From NCBI GenBank assembly GCA_965221125.1, contig CBDCRW010000004.1, positions 960,001 to 1,024,000 on the forward strand: a stretch of 64,000 bases of DNA, written 5' to 3'. The stretch comes from Alphaproteobacteria bacterium. Its GTDB lineage: Bacteria > Pseudomonadota > Alphaproteobacteria > UBA828. Below, piece after piece: positions 28,947 to 41,100 of the stretch. Each line of letters opens with the position of its first letter. Position 1 is the first letter of the stretch. Below the pieces are notes generated by a model. That model saw only the letters and a list, made by a program, of their open reading frames with translations. It ran no database searches and was not told the DNA's origin. Position numbers and translations under genes: made by a program.

Positions 28947-30020
28947 CTAGGCTCTGGGCGGCAGACGTGGCTCGCTTTCGCCCCAGCCGACACGGCCGTC
29001 GGTGGACAGCATGACCGCAATGGGCCGCGTACGCGGGAAGTAAGCGAAGACGATCATCGTGATCACGGTGATGGGCACGCAGAGGAACATCCCCGGTATA
29101 CCCCAGATCGAGCCCCACACCGCGAGCGAGACCAGCGTCGCGAAGGGACTGATGTTGAGCGAGGAGCCCATCAGCATCGGCTCCAGGAAGTTACCGATGA
29201 AGACTTGGATCACGGCGAGGCTCGGGGTGACGATGAGGAAGGGCACGAAGGTGTCGAACTGCACCAGCGCCAACAGTGCTGGAAAGATGATGCCGAGCAG
29301 CGAGCCGATGGTCGGGATGTAGTTCAGCAGGAAGATGATGACCGCCCAGAAGCCGGCGAAGTCGACCCCGACGGCTGCCAGCACGACGTAACCAAGGCTC
29401 GCCGTGAGCGCACTGGTGAAGGTCTTGATCCAGAGGTAGTTCTGAATCTCACGGGTCATTTGGCTGAGGATGCTGCGCACCCGTTCCTCCCGCTCCCGGT
29501 TCGGGAAAAGCGCCTTCATCTTGCGGCCGAAGCTACCCTGCTCGACGAACAGGAAGAGCACGTAGATCAGGATCAACCCGGCTTCGCCGGCAATCTCGGT
29601 CAGCGTTGCAGCAATACTGCTGACCACGGCCCTGAAGTCGATGCGATCGAGGAGGTCAGTCAGATTTGGCGTCTTTTCGAGGCCGAAGCGTGCGGCCACC
29701 TCGCCGATCAGGCGCTGGAGATTGGCCTGATAGGTGGGGATAGCATCGACCACGGCACTGAAGTTGCCGCTCACCATTTCGGCCAGCGACATGACCGCCG
29801 CGACGACGGCCAGCACCGTGAGCGTGAGCGCGCCCCAGCGCGGCGGGTGAGCGCCGCGTATGCTGAGCCTCATTACCCCGCGCGCAATCGCGTTGATCAG
29901 GTACCAGGCCATGACGGCGATGGCGATCGGGATCAGGATGTTCCGCCCGGAGACGAGAAGGTAAATGGTGAGGGCGGCGATACCGGCCGAGGCGGCGAAG
30001 AGGATGGGTCTTGGCTGCAT
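28947..30020 (-). CDS. AI-2E family transporter
   Basis: Y..IKT.TS..T, FLLNYIPTIGS, GNFLEP.LMG.SLNISP and WG.IWGIPGMFL.VPIT. Confidence 0.9.
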   Translation of the reverse strand: MQPRPILFAASAGIAALTIYLLVSGRNILIPIAIAVMAWYLINAIARGVMRLSIRGAHPPRWGALTLTVLAVVAAVMSLAEMVSGNFSAVVDAIPTYQANLQRLIGEVAARFGLEKTPNLTDLLDRIDFRAVVSSIAATLTEIAGEAGLILIYVLFLFVEQGSFGRKMKALFPNREREERVRSILSQMTREIQNYLWIKTFTSALTASLGYVVLAAVGVDFAGFWAVIIFLLNYIPTIGSLLGIIFPALLALVQFDTFVPFLIVTPSLAVIQVFIGNFLEPMLMGSSLNISPFATLVSLAVWGSIWGIPGMFLCVPITVITMIVFAYFPRTRPIAVMLSTDGRVGWGESEPRLPPRA

Positions 30021-30831
30021 GGCGGCTGGACTTCCTGAGCGCTCCCGGCATTGTTGGGCCGGGCCGGACAACGGTCAACCAGCCGGAACTGGAATGGAAA
30101 CGCGCAGTCGGTGCATCCTCGTCCACGGTCTCGCCTCGTGGCCGTTCGTATAAACTCCGAACTGTTTCCCGAAATCCGTCCCGATGACACTCTTGCTCAC
30201 ATCGAAAAGGAGAGTTCCGAGGAGCTCGGCGAGGCCTCCCGCAAACGCACCGCGGAACTAACACGAGCGCGAGCGTGTTGAGCTGACAGTCGTTGCGCTT
30301 CCGCTTGGAGCGCCGGAACCCGAAAAGCGGCGAGGCGGTGTCGATCTTGGCGCGCTGTGTGGTTTTCCGGGCCTCGAAAGTTCTGAAGCCACGAGTCGCC
30401 TCGTCCATGCAGGACCTGGTTGGCAGCGGCCCGAGCACTCGGGACAGACCTTAGGCCGGGCAAGGCGGGTGAGAGCGGGGATTCCTAATCCGATGATGGG
30501 GCAACGCCGAAGATCGCGCAGGCGGTGCGGACGAGCGTGCTGCATCCCTGCGTAGGTGGAAGCCGATCAGCGGACGCACCTCGCTTGTAGGGTTGCCCTG
30601 CAACTATGACATTCCCGCTCGCGGGCTCCGTCCCGATAAGGTCCGGCACTATTCCGATGCCGCACGTCGGGTTGGGGCAACCACCCCGTTCACCGATCTC
30701 GAACACTGGCACGGGCTGGTGGATCACGACGTCAATCCCATGAGAAGGCGCAACCGAAAGATTGGTGCATGAGCACCAGATGCCGTTGCCTACCTCGCTG
30801 ATAATACCGGTCGCAGTCGCCTGCATCTTCG

Positions 30832-31926
30832 TCAGGTCCCCACGTCCACGATCGCCACCACGGGGCCGCCGCCCTGCGGCCCCTGGTGCATCGCATCGAC
30901 CGAGACGAACACGGCGGGATCGCCAATCGCCGCCGCCGCGACGCCGCCCACCGCGCCCTTGGAATGGCGGTGATGGTGAACGTCGGAATCGTCCAGCATA
31001 ATCTGGCGGCGGCCGCGCAGCCGCGCCGTGCGGTCGGCCTCGCACTTGATGAAGCAGTTCACCAGCCGGTCGCCGAGATCGGCGGCGCGCGGGCGCTCCG
31101 GCAGGTCGAGGCCGGCATTGCGAATGCCGTCGTAGATGCCGTCGATGTCGAGCGCGTCCTGCATCACGCCGTGGCCGATGCGGAAGCGACCGCCAGCCCC
31201 CGGCGCGTTGCCGAAGAGGACGATCTGCCCGCGTTCGAGCTCCACGCCTGACGAGCACGACGCGACCGAGGAGTAGAGATCGAGGTTGCGGCAAATGTCT
31301 TCGGCCCGGGGCATGCTCACCTCGCCGAGCGCGACGGCGATGCCGAGACCGGTGGTGCCGTTGGAGACCCCCATCGATTCATGGACCTCGCAGGCCACGG
31401 TCTCGCCGCGCCCGTGCGCCTCCCGCACCGTGTCGATGGTGAGCAGCGGAGTCTTGGTTTGTACGTAGTGGACGTCCGCCGGGTCGCTGATCCCCGCGTC
31501 AGCCATCGCCGTGCGGACGCCGTCCGCGATCTTCTCCACCATCGCAGGCCGACCGATATCCTCCGGCAGGATCGGCGCGCTCATGGCGGTGCCCATGGCG
31601 AGGCGAGCCGCGTCCGCGGGCCCGGTCTCGTCGTTGCTGGCGAAGACGGTCGCGTGGGGGGTGAGCACGCCGTCGCAGCCGCCCGACCAGACCATGGGGA
31701 TTTCGCCGACCTCGGCCTCGCTGCGCGTTCCGTGCTTGAGCAGGACGCCGCGGAAGGCGGTGTCCGACAGGATGCGGGTGAAGTCGTTGACCCCGCCGTT
31801 GCCCTCCGTCTTGCCGATCACGGCCACGACCTCATCCGCCGCCATGCGGCCCGACGCGATCAGCTCCTCCAGGCCGGAGGCGTCCGAGACCGACTTGATC
31901 TCGACCTTTGCAACGTCGATGGCCAT
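30832..31926 (-). CDS. bar: Ring-opening amidohydrolase (AtzD/barbiturase family), barbiturase type
   Basis: [37 protein letters not shown] (Asn as in barbiturase, not the Arg of cyanurate hydrolases), VASCSSGVE and FVSV..MHQGP.GGG. Confidence 0.85.
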   Translation of the reverse strand: MAIDVAKVEIKSVSDASGLEELIASGRMAADEVVAVIGKTEGNGGVNDFTRILSDTAFRGVLLKHGTRSEAEVGEIPMVWSGGCDGVLTPHATVFASNDETGPADAARLAMGTAMSAPILPEDIGRPAMVEKIADGVRTAMADAGISDPADVHYVQTKTPLLTIDTVREAHGRGETVACEVHESMGVSNGTTGLGIAVALGEVSMPRAEDICRNLDLYSSVASCSSGVELERGQIVLFGNAPGAGGRFRIGHGVMQDALDIDGIYDGIRNAGLDLPERPRAADLGDRLVNCFIKCEADRTARLRGRRQIMLDDSDVHHHRHSKGAVGGVAAAAIGDPAVFVSVDAMHQGPQGGGPVVAIVDVGT

Positions 31927-31946
31927 ATCTCACTCCCTCGCGGCTC

Positions 31947-33200
31947 TCAGGCCCAGGCCGTGCTGCGTTGTGTCACGGTCTCGGCGACCACCCTGCCGCG
32001 CTTGATGACGTGGGTGCGGTCCGCCCGCCTGGTCAGCGCCTCCAGCGGATCGGCAGCGTCGATGATCGCCAGGTCGGCAACGCAGCCGGGCTCCGCGCCG
32101 TAGTCGTCGAGCCCCATGGTGCGGGCGGCGGCGCCGGTCTGCATGTCGAATACCGTCTCGATCTCGTGCGGGTGGCTCATGTGCGCGGCGTGGCTCGCGA
32201 GGAACATCACCTCCAGCGGATCGACGCGTCCGAAGGGGTAGAAGGTATCGCGGATACAGTCCTGCCCGCAGGAGACGTTGACCCCGGCCTCCAGCAGCTC
32301 CTTCACGCGTGTGATGCCACGCCGCTTGGGCTGGGCGTCGCCCCGCCCCTGCAGCATGAGGTTGGTCGCGGGGTTCACGATCATGTGGATGTCGGCCTCA
32401 CGCACGAGACCGATCACGCGGTTGGCGTAATCCTCCTCGTAGCCTGCGAGCGCGCAGGTGTGGCCGGCGGTGACGCGCCCTCGCCAGCCGTTCTCCATGG
32501 TCTGCTCGGCAAGCACTTCAAGCGTCTTCGCGTCGGGATCGTCGGTCTCGTCCACGTGCATGTCGATGTCGGCGTCGTGGTGCTTCGCGATCTCGAAAGC
32601 CAAAGCGATGTGCCGGGCGCTGTCGGCAGGCGAATCCTCGTTGAAGGGCATGCCGCCCACCAGATCGGCGCCCGCCTCCATCGCCTTCCACATCAGGTCG
32701 TCGGTGCCCTTGTCCTTGAAGATGCCTTCCTGCGGGAAGGCCACGATCTGCACGTCGGCGATGTCGCGGGTGCACTCGCGCGCTTCGACCACGCCCTCCA
32801 ACGGACGCAAACCGCCGATGCTGTCCACATCGACATGGCTGCGAAAGCGCGTGACCCCGCAGGCGACCGCCGTGCGGATGGTGCGCACCGCGCGCGCCGT
32901 GATTTCCTCCACCGTGTAGGCGCGCTTCCGGGCCCAGATGATCTCGATGGCCTCGTCGAGGGTGCCGGAGCGGTTGGGCCTGACATCGTCGTTGATCTGC
33001 GCCTTGTCGAGGTGGATGTGCGGCTCCAGGAAACCCGCCACGCAGAGGCGGCCGCCGGCATCGATGGTGCGCTCGGCCGCGGCCGCCCCGCCGGAGGGTG
33101 CGGGCACGAAGCGGCCGCCCTTGACGAAGAGGTCGCGCGGCGCGTCCTCCCGCCAGAGATGGGCGTTCGTGATCGCGAGGTCGACCCGGTCTTCCGTCAT
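31947..33200 (-). CDS. Cytosine-deaminase-like metal-dependent amidohydrolase
   Basis: EPHIHLDK, RSHVDVD, QIVAFPQEG, DMHVDETDD, AGH..AL, NP.TNL.LQGR and GQD..RD.FYPFG. Confidence 0.85.
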   Translation of the reverse strand: MTEDRVDLAITNAHLWREDAPRDLFVKGGRFVPAPSGGAAAAERTIDAGGRLCVAGFLEPHIHLDKAQINDDVRPNRSGTLDEAIEIIWARKRAYTVEEITARAVRTIRTAVACGVTRFRSHVDVDSIGGLRPLEGVVEARECTRDIADVQIVAFPQEGIFKDKGTDDLMWKAMEAGADLVGGMPFNEDSPADSARHIALAFEIAKHHDADIDMHVDETDDPDAKTLEVLAEQTMENGWRGRVTAGHTCALAGYEEDYANRVIGLVREADIHMIVNPATNLMLQGRGDAQPKRRGITRVKELLEAGVNVSCGQDCIRDTFYPFGRVDPLEVMFLASHAAHMSHPHEIETVFDMQTGAAARTMGLDDYGAEPGCVADLAIIDAADPLEALTRRADRTHVIKRGRVVAETVTQRSTAWA

Positions 33201-33521
33201 CCGTTCGCTCCTTCCTGAGCCCCCGGTGCCCGCAAGGCGCGCCAGCGTCCAGTCCCGGCCGAGCGCCGCCATGACGGCGAAGAATCCGGGCGACACGTGG
33301 AGGTCAGGCGCGCCGAATGAAACGGCCGGGTGACTGTGTTCAAGCAGACCTCTCCTCCAGGAGAAGCCACTATACCAATCCGGAACGGGCTTGTTTTGCC
33401 CTTCGAATACCAAGGCGCCTCGGATGTCGAAGCGCCCGATTGCCGGGCTATGTTCGTACCGCTACGGTCGCGCTGCACGGCACACCGCGCTCGGACCGAT
33501 CGCACCGGGAGACTCGACACC

Positions 33522-34839
33522 CATGAGGGCATCGCGCCTGAACCAGGTTCTGCACTCGGTGGCGGATGCTGGCCGCGAGTTGCTGCGACGCGGCGCGCCT
33601 GCGGCAAGGCCGCACAGACAATCGCCGCACGCGCTCTGCGAGGCCCTGCTGTCGACGCGGGGCGAGGCGTCGGGCACGGCGCTCGCCCGTGACGTCGCCG
33701 ATGCCTATCGCGCGATGAACCATGCGGAGAAGCGTGCCTTCTTCTCGATGCTCGCCGCCGACTACGGACCGGATCCGACGGCGATCCACGCAGCCGGCGA
33801 TGCCTACAGGGCGGCTCCCGGCTTCGAGACGCTTATGGAGCTGAGTGCTGCGATCGAGCCGCCGCGCCAGAAGCTGTTCCGCCGCATCAACATGGCACCG
33901 GAAGGAACGGCGACTGTCGTGGCCATGCGCAAGGACCTTCTCGAGCTGCTGCCGGACGATCCGCCGCTCAGGGCGGTGGATGCCGATCTCGTGCACCTGC
34001 TCGCCTCATGGTTCAACCGGGGCTTCCTCCGTCTCAGGCAGATCGACTGGGAGAGCCCTGCCGCGCTGCTGCAGAAGATCATGGCCTACGAGAGCGTGCA
34101 CGCGATGGCGGGCTGGGACGAGCTCAGGCGCCGTCTTGCCGGCGACCGGAGATGCTTCGCCTTCTTCCACCCGGCGCTTGCAGACGAGCCGCTGATATTC
34201 GTGGAGGTGGCGCTGACGCGTGGAATGGCAAGCGCCGTGCAGCCATTGCTTGCCAACGGCGGCGATGTCCTCGACCCGCGGGAGGCGGATACGGCGGTCT
34301 TCTACGCGATCAACAACTGCCAGGCGGGGCTTGTGGGGATCTCGTTCGGGAACTTCCTCATCAAGCAGGTCGTGGTCGAGCTCGCCTACGAGCTGCCCAA
34401 CCTCAAGACCTTCGCCACTCTCTCGCCCATACCCGGATTCCGCGCATGGCTCGCGTCGCTCGACAAGAGCGCCAACACGGCGGTCTCGACGGACGAGACC
34501 GAGGCGATGGAGCGTCTCTCGACCCCGGGCTGGCACCGGGACGAGGAGGTCGCGGGGCGCATGCGGGAGCCGCTGACGCGCCTGTGCGCACGTTATCTCC
34601 TGGAGACCGGCCCCGGCGGCCGCTCCCTGGACCCTGTCGCCCGCTTCCACTTGCGCAACGGCGCACGTCTCGAACGGATCAACTGGCTCGGCGACGTATC
34701 CGCCAAGGGGCTGTCGGATTCTGCGAGCCTGCTGGTCAACTACCTGTACGACCCCAGGACGATCGAGCGCAATCACGAGGGCTACGTGAAGGAGGGCGGG
34801 ATCGCGGCGTCTCCCGAAATCAGGCGTCTGCTCAGATAG
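33522..34839 (+). CDS. Malonyl-CoA decarboxylase
   Basis: GEASG, EPPRQ.LFRRINMAP.GT, SWFNRGFL, YESVH, DRRCFAFFHP...EPLIFVEVAL, GISFGNFLIKQVV, TLSPIPGF and DPVARFHL.NGARLER. Confidence 0.95.
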
Positions 34840-35046
34840 CCGTCGGCACGATTCTTGCAACCTCGCCGGCCACGGTCAGGAGTCCGACCGGTTGGCCTGT
34901 ACGCAGGTTGAGGCCGTGGGTCTGGAGATCTGTCGATGAATCGGGGTTGCGTCCTGCGCCTGAGCTTGCCGCAGGGTTGGCCTGCATAATCGTGATTTCC
35001 AGGTGCCGTGCACGTCGTCTCCGGCCCGTATCGGACCGAACATGGA

Positions 35047-35313
35047 TGCCGAAGTGCGGGTTATGAATCGCCGGTAATCTGCACGCCGAACGAACTGCTG
35101 GAGACCGACCAAGAAGACGCAGTCTGCTGATCCGGTCATCTCGGAGGTGAGGGTCATGCGCGACGCGCATGTGGCCGGCCTTGATTGCGACATCGCGGCG
35201 ATCTTCGGGGACATCCGGGCGATGCAGGAATATTCGGGACGAGAGTTCGTCCGCTATCCCTCTCGCCCGGTTGTCGCTACGGAGGTCGGGTTGGCGAGGC
35301 ATGTGCGAAATGA
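35047..35313 (+). pseudogene. Remnant of a PIN-toxin C-terminus plus its small partner gene
   Basis: CRSAGYESPVICTPNELLE matches the ...ICTPEEL end of a PIN family. It overlaps DPVISEVR..RDAH....D..AIF.DIR..QE.SGR, whose ATG appears mutated to AAG. Confidence 0.5.
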
Positions 35314-35386
35314 CTGATGCTGGAATTGGGCGCTCGTAACCTACAAACTGTTGAGAGTGTGCCTTGACTGCCAGCCCGGAGGCTCC

Positions 35387-36139
35387 ATGAGAAGGCTTGC
35401 CGCAGCGCTGACCCTGGTTCTGTTGCTTTCTGCGTCCGCGTTCGGTGATGACACGGCACGGGAGAGGCTCCGCATCGGCGTCGATCCCGCCTACCCGCCG
35501 TTCAGCGACATCGACGATGCGAACCGGCTCATCGGCTTCGATATCGACATCGCGCTTGCGCTCTGCGCGCACATGGAAGCCGAGTGCACGTTCGTCCACC
35601 AGGAATGGGAGGGGTTGATCCCGGAACTGCTGGCCGGCTCGTTCGACGCCATCGTCTCCAGCATGTCGATCACCGAGAAGCGCCGGGGCTTGGTGGCGTT
35701 TACCGAACGCTATTACAGCAGCGGCGTTCGCTTCGTGGTCCGGAAAGGCTCGGACTTCGATCCCGAAGACCCGGCAGGCAGGACCGTCGGCGCGATGCGC
35801 GCGACGATCGCCTCGGACTGGCTCGAAGACAACCGCTCGAGGTTTGCCGACATAAGACTGTACGCCGACCAGGAGGCACTCGATCGGGCGCTGATCGAAG
35901 GCCACGTTGACGCGGTGTTCGGAGACGCGCTCGGCTTCTGGAAGTGGCTCAACAGCCCCGAGGGCGCGGACTTCGCCTATGCGGGCGGTGCCTACCGCCT
36001 TGATGAAGGCATCGGGATTGCCGTGCGCAAGGAGGACGAGACGCTGCGGCAGGGTCTGAACCGGGCAATCCGGGCTATCCTTGCCGACGGAACCTACAAG
36101 AAGATCAACGCAAGGTATTTTCCGTTCTACATCTACTGA
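35387..36139 (+). CDS. Polar amino-acid ABC transporter substrate-binding protein (orphan)
   Basis: Signal peptide, YPPF, GFDIDIA.ALC, W.GLIP.L.AG.FDAI.SSMSITEKR, GIAVRK and GTY.KI..YF. Confidence 0.9.
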   Translation: MRRLAAALTLVLLLSASAFGDDTARERLRIGVDPAYPPFSDIDDANRLIGFDIDIALALCAHMEAECTFVHQEWEGLIPELLAGSFDAIVSSMSITEKRRGLVAFTERYYSSGVRFVVRKGSDFDPEDPAGRTVGAMRATIASDWLEDNRSRFADIRLYADQEALDRALIEGHVDAVFGDALGFWKWLNSPEGADFAYAGGAYRLDEGIGIAVRKEDETLRQGLNRAIRAILADGTYKKINARYFPFYIY

Positions 36140-36638
36140 GTGCTGCTCAAGGCAACCATGATTGCTCCGCGAGAGCGTCCTGAGCGGATTTCGGCGCCTC
36201 GGTCGCAGCAAGGGCATCATGGCGGCAGTGAAAATCCGCCGGCCGTCTTGGATCCGCGACGGAGCCGAAGCCGATCAAGCTCACCGGCGCGTTCGGTGAA
36301 CTCGGCAAAGCGTTGCAGGCCCGTTCCGAGTAGCGGTCGCGACAAGGAGCGGAGGTTCCGGCGAGGTTCGCGCTATTCCGGCTCACGGTATTGGAGGGAT
36401 TGTGGGGCCCTCGGGCGCAACCGCGAGGAATCGCGCCCGATGTAATGGAGGTGAATGGCGGCCAGACTCCCGCAGCAGCGACGGATACCCGGCTGCGCGA
36501 CCGCTACGAAGGGGACACGCTCGGCATCGTCGATTGCGGCGTTCAGCCGCGGGTCGACGCCGCGGCGAACCCCGGACGAAGCCAGCGAACGTGAGACGCT
36601 GTCCGGCGAGATGTAAGGGATGCGCCCACCTGGCGCGC

Positions 36639-39068
36639 TTACCGTGGGCGCAGGGTCAAGATGCCGAGGGCACCGTCCTCCAACCGGGCACGATCGGTGA
36701 GCATGGGCAAGTAGCGACCGTCGCGCCAGGGCTCGGCGAAGTCTTCGTAATGCGAGGACAGCGGGTTGCCCGACTGGCCCGTGCTGACGATGAACACCGA
36801 GCGCTCGAGGTCTCCAAGGTCGTACACCGCGCGGTAGCCGGCGCCGTGGTTCTGAGCGAAAGGCGCCTCCGGATCGCTCACGTCGAAGCCACCGGCCTTC
36901 ACCGTGTCCTTCTCTCCGCCGCTCGGCAGCTTCACCTCGAACCATGACCCGATGGCGGGAACCTCGCCGAGTATGCGGTGCTTCATGTGCACCGCGTGGG
37001 CCTCGCCCCAGCGCCACGCGCTCATGTCCCGGCCATGGTCCGCGGAAAGGAACGCCAGTGCCCCGTCAAGAGCTCCTGAGACGGCCTCCGCACAGCCCTC
37101 CCGTTCTTCGGTCGTCACCACGTCGCACCAAGCCTTGCGCAGGGTGAGCGCGCGGTGGATCGTCTCGGGCCGGATCTTCCAGTAGTCCTCGAACGCCTCG
37201 CCGAGCTCGTCGGCGAAGAGAACGCGCATCAGCGCGCGCAGCCATGCCATGTAGATCAATGGCTCGGGACGGTCGCGCGACATGACGCGATCCCACCCCT
37301 CCAGCATGGCGACGGCGAGGCGTGAGTGATCGCTCGACGGCTCGACCAGAGGAAGCAGGACCGGCAGCAGCCTCGCCGCCGAAAGCGAGTAGATGTCCTG
37401 CTGGATCGCGGCGAAGCTCGCCACGTCGTGCGAAGCCCGCGCGTCGAGCAATGCCTCGATCCGCTGCGCGCGGTACGGTGGAGCCCATACATCGGTCAGG
37501 TAATGCGGATAGTCGAGGGGAACGATCCGGTTGTTGGCGCTCACGACCCTGCCCGACTGCGGGTTGTAGGCGCGGGGGAGGTCCTCAAAGGGGACCCAGC
37601 CAACCCAGTCGTGTGCGCCGGTCCAGCCCGGCGCCGGCATGTGTCCCTGGCCGGAGGCCCGGATCGGCACACGTCCCGGTGCGATATAGCCGATATTGCC
37701 GTCCCGATCCGCGAACACGATGGTCTGCTGCGGAACAGTCACGTCCCGCAGAGCCTCGACGAAGCCGTCCCAATCCTCTGCGGCAGGCGCACGCACCAGC
37801 GCCTCGGCCGTACGGTCGTTCTCGGCCAGCGCCGTCCAGGCGAAGGCCAGCACATGTCCTTCCTCCAGAAACTGCGCGCTCTCCTCAACCACGTCGGAGA
37901 TCACCGGTCCGTGGCGCGTCTCGCGAACGACAAGCTCGACCGTGTCTTCGCCGCTGACGGCGATGCTCTCGGTGCGAACCTCGAAGGGCAAGCTCCCCTC
38001 AGGCGCGAGGTAACGGCTGCGATCGCCGGGGTCGAGCCGCTCTATGAAGAGATCCTGCACATCGGAGCCAGTGTTGGTGAAGCCCCAGGCGAAGTGCCGG
38101 TTGTGACCGAGCAGCGGGAATGGGAGGCCGGGAAGAGTGGCGCCGACGATCTCGAACTCGGGCGTCGAGACATGAGCCAGGTACCACACACCCGGTATCT
38201 CCAGACGCAGGTGCGGGTCGTTCGCCAGCAGCGGCTTGCCCGAGGCCGTGCGTTCGCCGGCGACGGCCCAGCTGTTGGAGCCGAAACCGGAGACCCGCGC
38301 GCCCGGTGTCGAAGCGATAAGCGCGCCGTAGTCGATATCGGCAGACACGGCGGCGCCGGGCATGGTGTACGGGCCCGGCGCAGGGTCGTCCGGGTGCTGG
38401 GCCCAGAGATCCTGCATCTGACCCGCGTCGAGCGTGCCGGCCAGTCTTGCACGCAGCAGCTCGTCCCGGAAATTGTCGCCGAGGTCCCAGGCCATGATCT
38501 TGAGCCAGACCAGACTGTCGGCCGGGCGCCAGAGCGCGGGCTCATGGCCGAGCAGCTGAAACTCAAGCGGCAGCAGCCCCGAACGTGTCTCCAGCCACGC
38601 GTTCACACCGGCGGCATACGCCTCGTAGATTGCCTGCACCTCCGGCGAGAGCGCCTCGAAGTTGCGCTCGGCCACCCGGTAGAGGCCCAGCGTGCGCAGG
38701 AACCTGTCGGTCTCCAGGCCCGGCTCGCCCACTACCTCGGCAAGCCGTGCAGAGCCGATCCTGCGCTGCATCTCAAGCTGCCAGAGCCGGTCCTGCGCGT
38801 GAACGTAGCCCATGGCAAAGGCGCCATCTCTCGGCGAGCGCGCGTAAATGTGTGGGATCGCATTCGCATCGCGCACGATCTCCACCGGGGCATCGAGGCC
38901 CGCAACGGTCTCGCTTCCGTCGTAGGACGGAAGGGAAAGCCACGAGCACGAACCGACGGCGAGCAGCACGGAAAGAAGCGCGAACGGCACGAGACCGCTG
39001 CCGATCGGCAAACCGCCTGGAAGCCGTGAACGCCAAACATCACCGGCATTGCGAGTCTCGCCGCTCAT
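36639..39068 (-). CDS. Penicillin acylase family Ntn hydrolase
   Basis: IPHIYA, GYVHAQDRLWQ, GSNSW (N-terminal nucleophile Ser), LLANDPHL and GQSGNPLS.HY.D. Confidence 0.93.
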   Translation of the reverse strand: MSGETRNAGDVWRSRLPGGLPIGSGLVPFALLSVLLAVGSCSWLSLPSYDGSETVAGLDAPVEIVRDANAIPHIYARSPRDGAFAMGYVHAQDRLWQLEMQRRIGSARLAEVVGEPGLETDRFLRTLGLYRVAERNFEALSPEVQAIYEAYAAGVNAWLETRSGLLPLEFQLLGHEPALWRPADSLVWLKIMAWDLGDNFRDELLRARLAGTLDAGQMQDLWAQHPDDPAPGPYTMPGAAVSADIDYGALIASTPGARVSGFGSNSWAVAGERTASGKPLLANDPHLRLEIPGVWYLAHVSTPEFEIVGATLPGLPFPLLGHNRHFAWGFTNTGSDVQDLFIERLDPGDRSRYLAPEGSLPFEVRTESIAVSGEDTVELVVRETRHGPVISDVVEESAQFLEEGHVLAFAWTALAENDRTAEALVRAPAAEDWDGFVEALRDVTVPQQTIVFADRDGNIGYIAPGRVPIRASGQGHMPAPGWTGAHDWVGWVPFEDLPRAYNPQSGRVVSANNRIVPLDYPHYLTDVWAPPYRAQRIEALLDARASHDVASFAAIQQDIYSLSAARLLPVLLPLVEPSSDHSRLAVAMLEGWDRVMSRDRPEPLIYMAWLRALMRVLFADELGEAFEDYWKIRPETIHRALTLRKAWCDVVTTEEREGCAEAVSGALDGALAFLSADHGRDMSAWRWGEAHAVHMKHRILGEVPAIGSWFEVKLPSGGEKDTVKAGGFDVSDPEAPFAQNHGAGYRAVYDLGDLERSVFIVSTGQSGNPLSSHYEDFAEPWRDGRYLPMLTDRARLEDGALGILTLRPR

Positions 39069-39155
39069 GATCGCCCCCTTGTAGCCTTCCCTTCTCAGAC
39101 AAGCGCCGCCTCGATCGAGGCGGCGCTCTCCGTCAATCGACAACAGACGCTAACA

Positions 39156-39362
39156 TTACTCTGCAGCGCACGGATTGCAGGGGTTGCAGGCGTCCCCGTC
39201 GTCATCGGCCGCACACGGGTTGCAGGGATTGCGCGGGTTGCAAGCCTCGTGCGAGGCCGCGACGACAAGCGGCGCGTCCGCAGCGGACACGGCCGAAGGC
39301 GCGAGCGCGGCACCGGCCGCCATGGTCACGACTGTCGTGGCAACGACGGTTTCCTTGAGCAC
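39156..39362 (-). CDS. Small secreted Cys-rich peptide with CNPC/NPCAA repeats (68 aa)
   Basis: GTG start after a GGAGGAG RBS, a hydrophobic signal-like N-terminus, then ACNPRNPCNPCAA-DDDGD-ACNPCNPCAAE. Confidence 0.6.
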   Translation of the reverse strand: MLKETVVATTVVTMAAGAALAPSAVSAADAPLVVAASHEACNPRNPCNPCAADDDGDACNPCNPCAAE

Positions 39363-39636
39363 TGCGTGCTCTCCTCCCCGCAGGTTCCCGTTGAGGCAGA
39401 GTCTTCCACAGCCGCTGCGGGCGCCGGACCGCGTGAAGCCCAAGCCATTTTCCAGGTAGGGTCGTGGTTGCAGGGCAGACGAGCGCTCCTGTGGCGATGT
39501 GCATCGTCGAATCTGCGGCCCGAGTTTCTCGAAGGCTTGCAGCGGCGCGAGCAGCCCGAACCGGCAAGGCCTTCGCCGACTGCGCTCGGCGCCCCGCCCG
39601 CCGAGCGAACGGCAGCGCAAGCCACTCTGGCGGCGG

Positions 39637-40680
<1,044 letters not shown>

Positions 40681-41100
40681 CTACGCCTCCCGAACGGCGA
40701 CGCGTCGCAGAAGCCGCGTCCGACGCCCACAGGCTCGAAGCTCCTGAGACCGTATCCGGGCTCCTAGACCGATTCGCAGCATGCTGGCAAGCAGTAGGGC
40801 TCATCTGCTCATCTCGGTCGGGCGGGTCACACGAGGATGCGCATCAAGATGGCGTCTCGATACTGGCTCTGCTGCAGGGCCTCCGCAAAGGAGACAGGTG
40901 ACGCTGCCCGTGTCGATTTACACCTTGGACAACGATCGCGGACGCCCAGATTCTCTCCCGCAGCCACCTGCGAACCGGGAGAGGAGGAATGTTCTTGCTT
41001 ATGGAGACGGTAACCGGCATGGAGGTGGAATCCGGTATCGACTGACGCTTGCGCTATGCCAGCGAGCGAGCACCGGTCCATATCCATTAGGAGGATGTTG

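Noticed and set aside
30832-33200. s-Triazine (atzC/atzD) degradation cluster
   Set aside because: The ring-opening enzyme has barbiturase-type residues (SNG, SCSSG, FVSV), and no atzA/B/E/F-like genes are present.
40836-40856. GATGC...GCGTC as an NsrR site upstream of the oxidoreductase
   Set aside because: Spacing and half-sites do not fit the NsrR consensus well enough.
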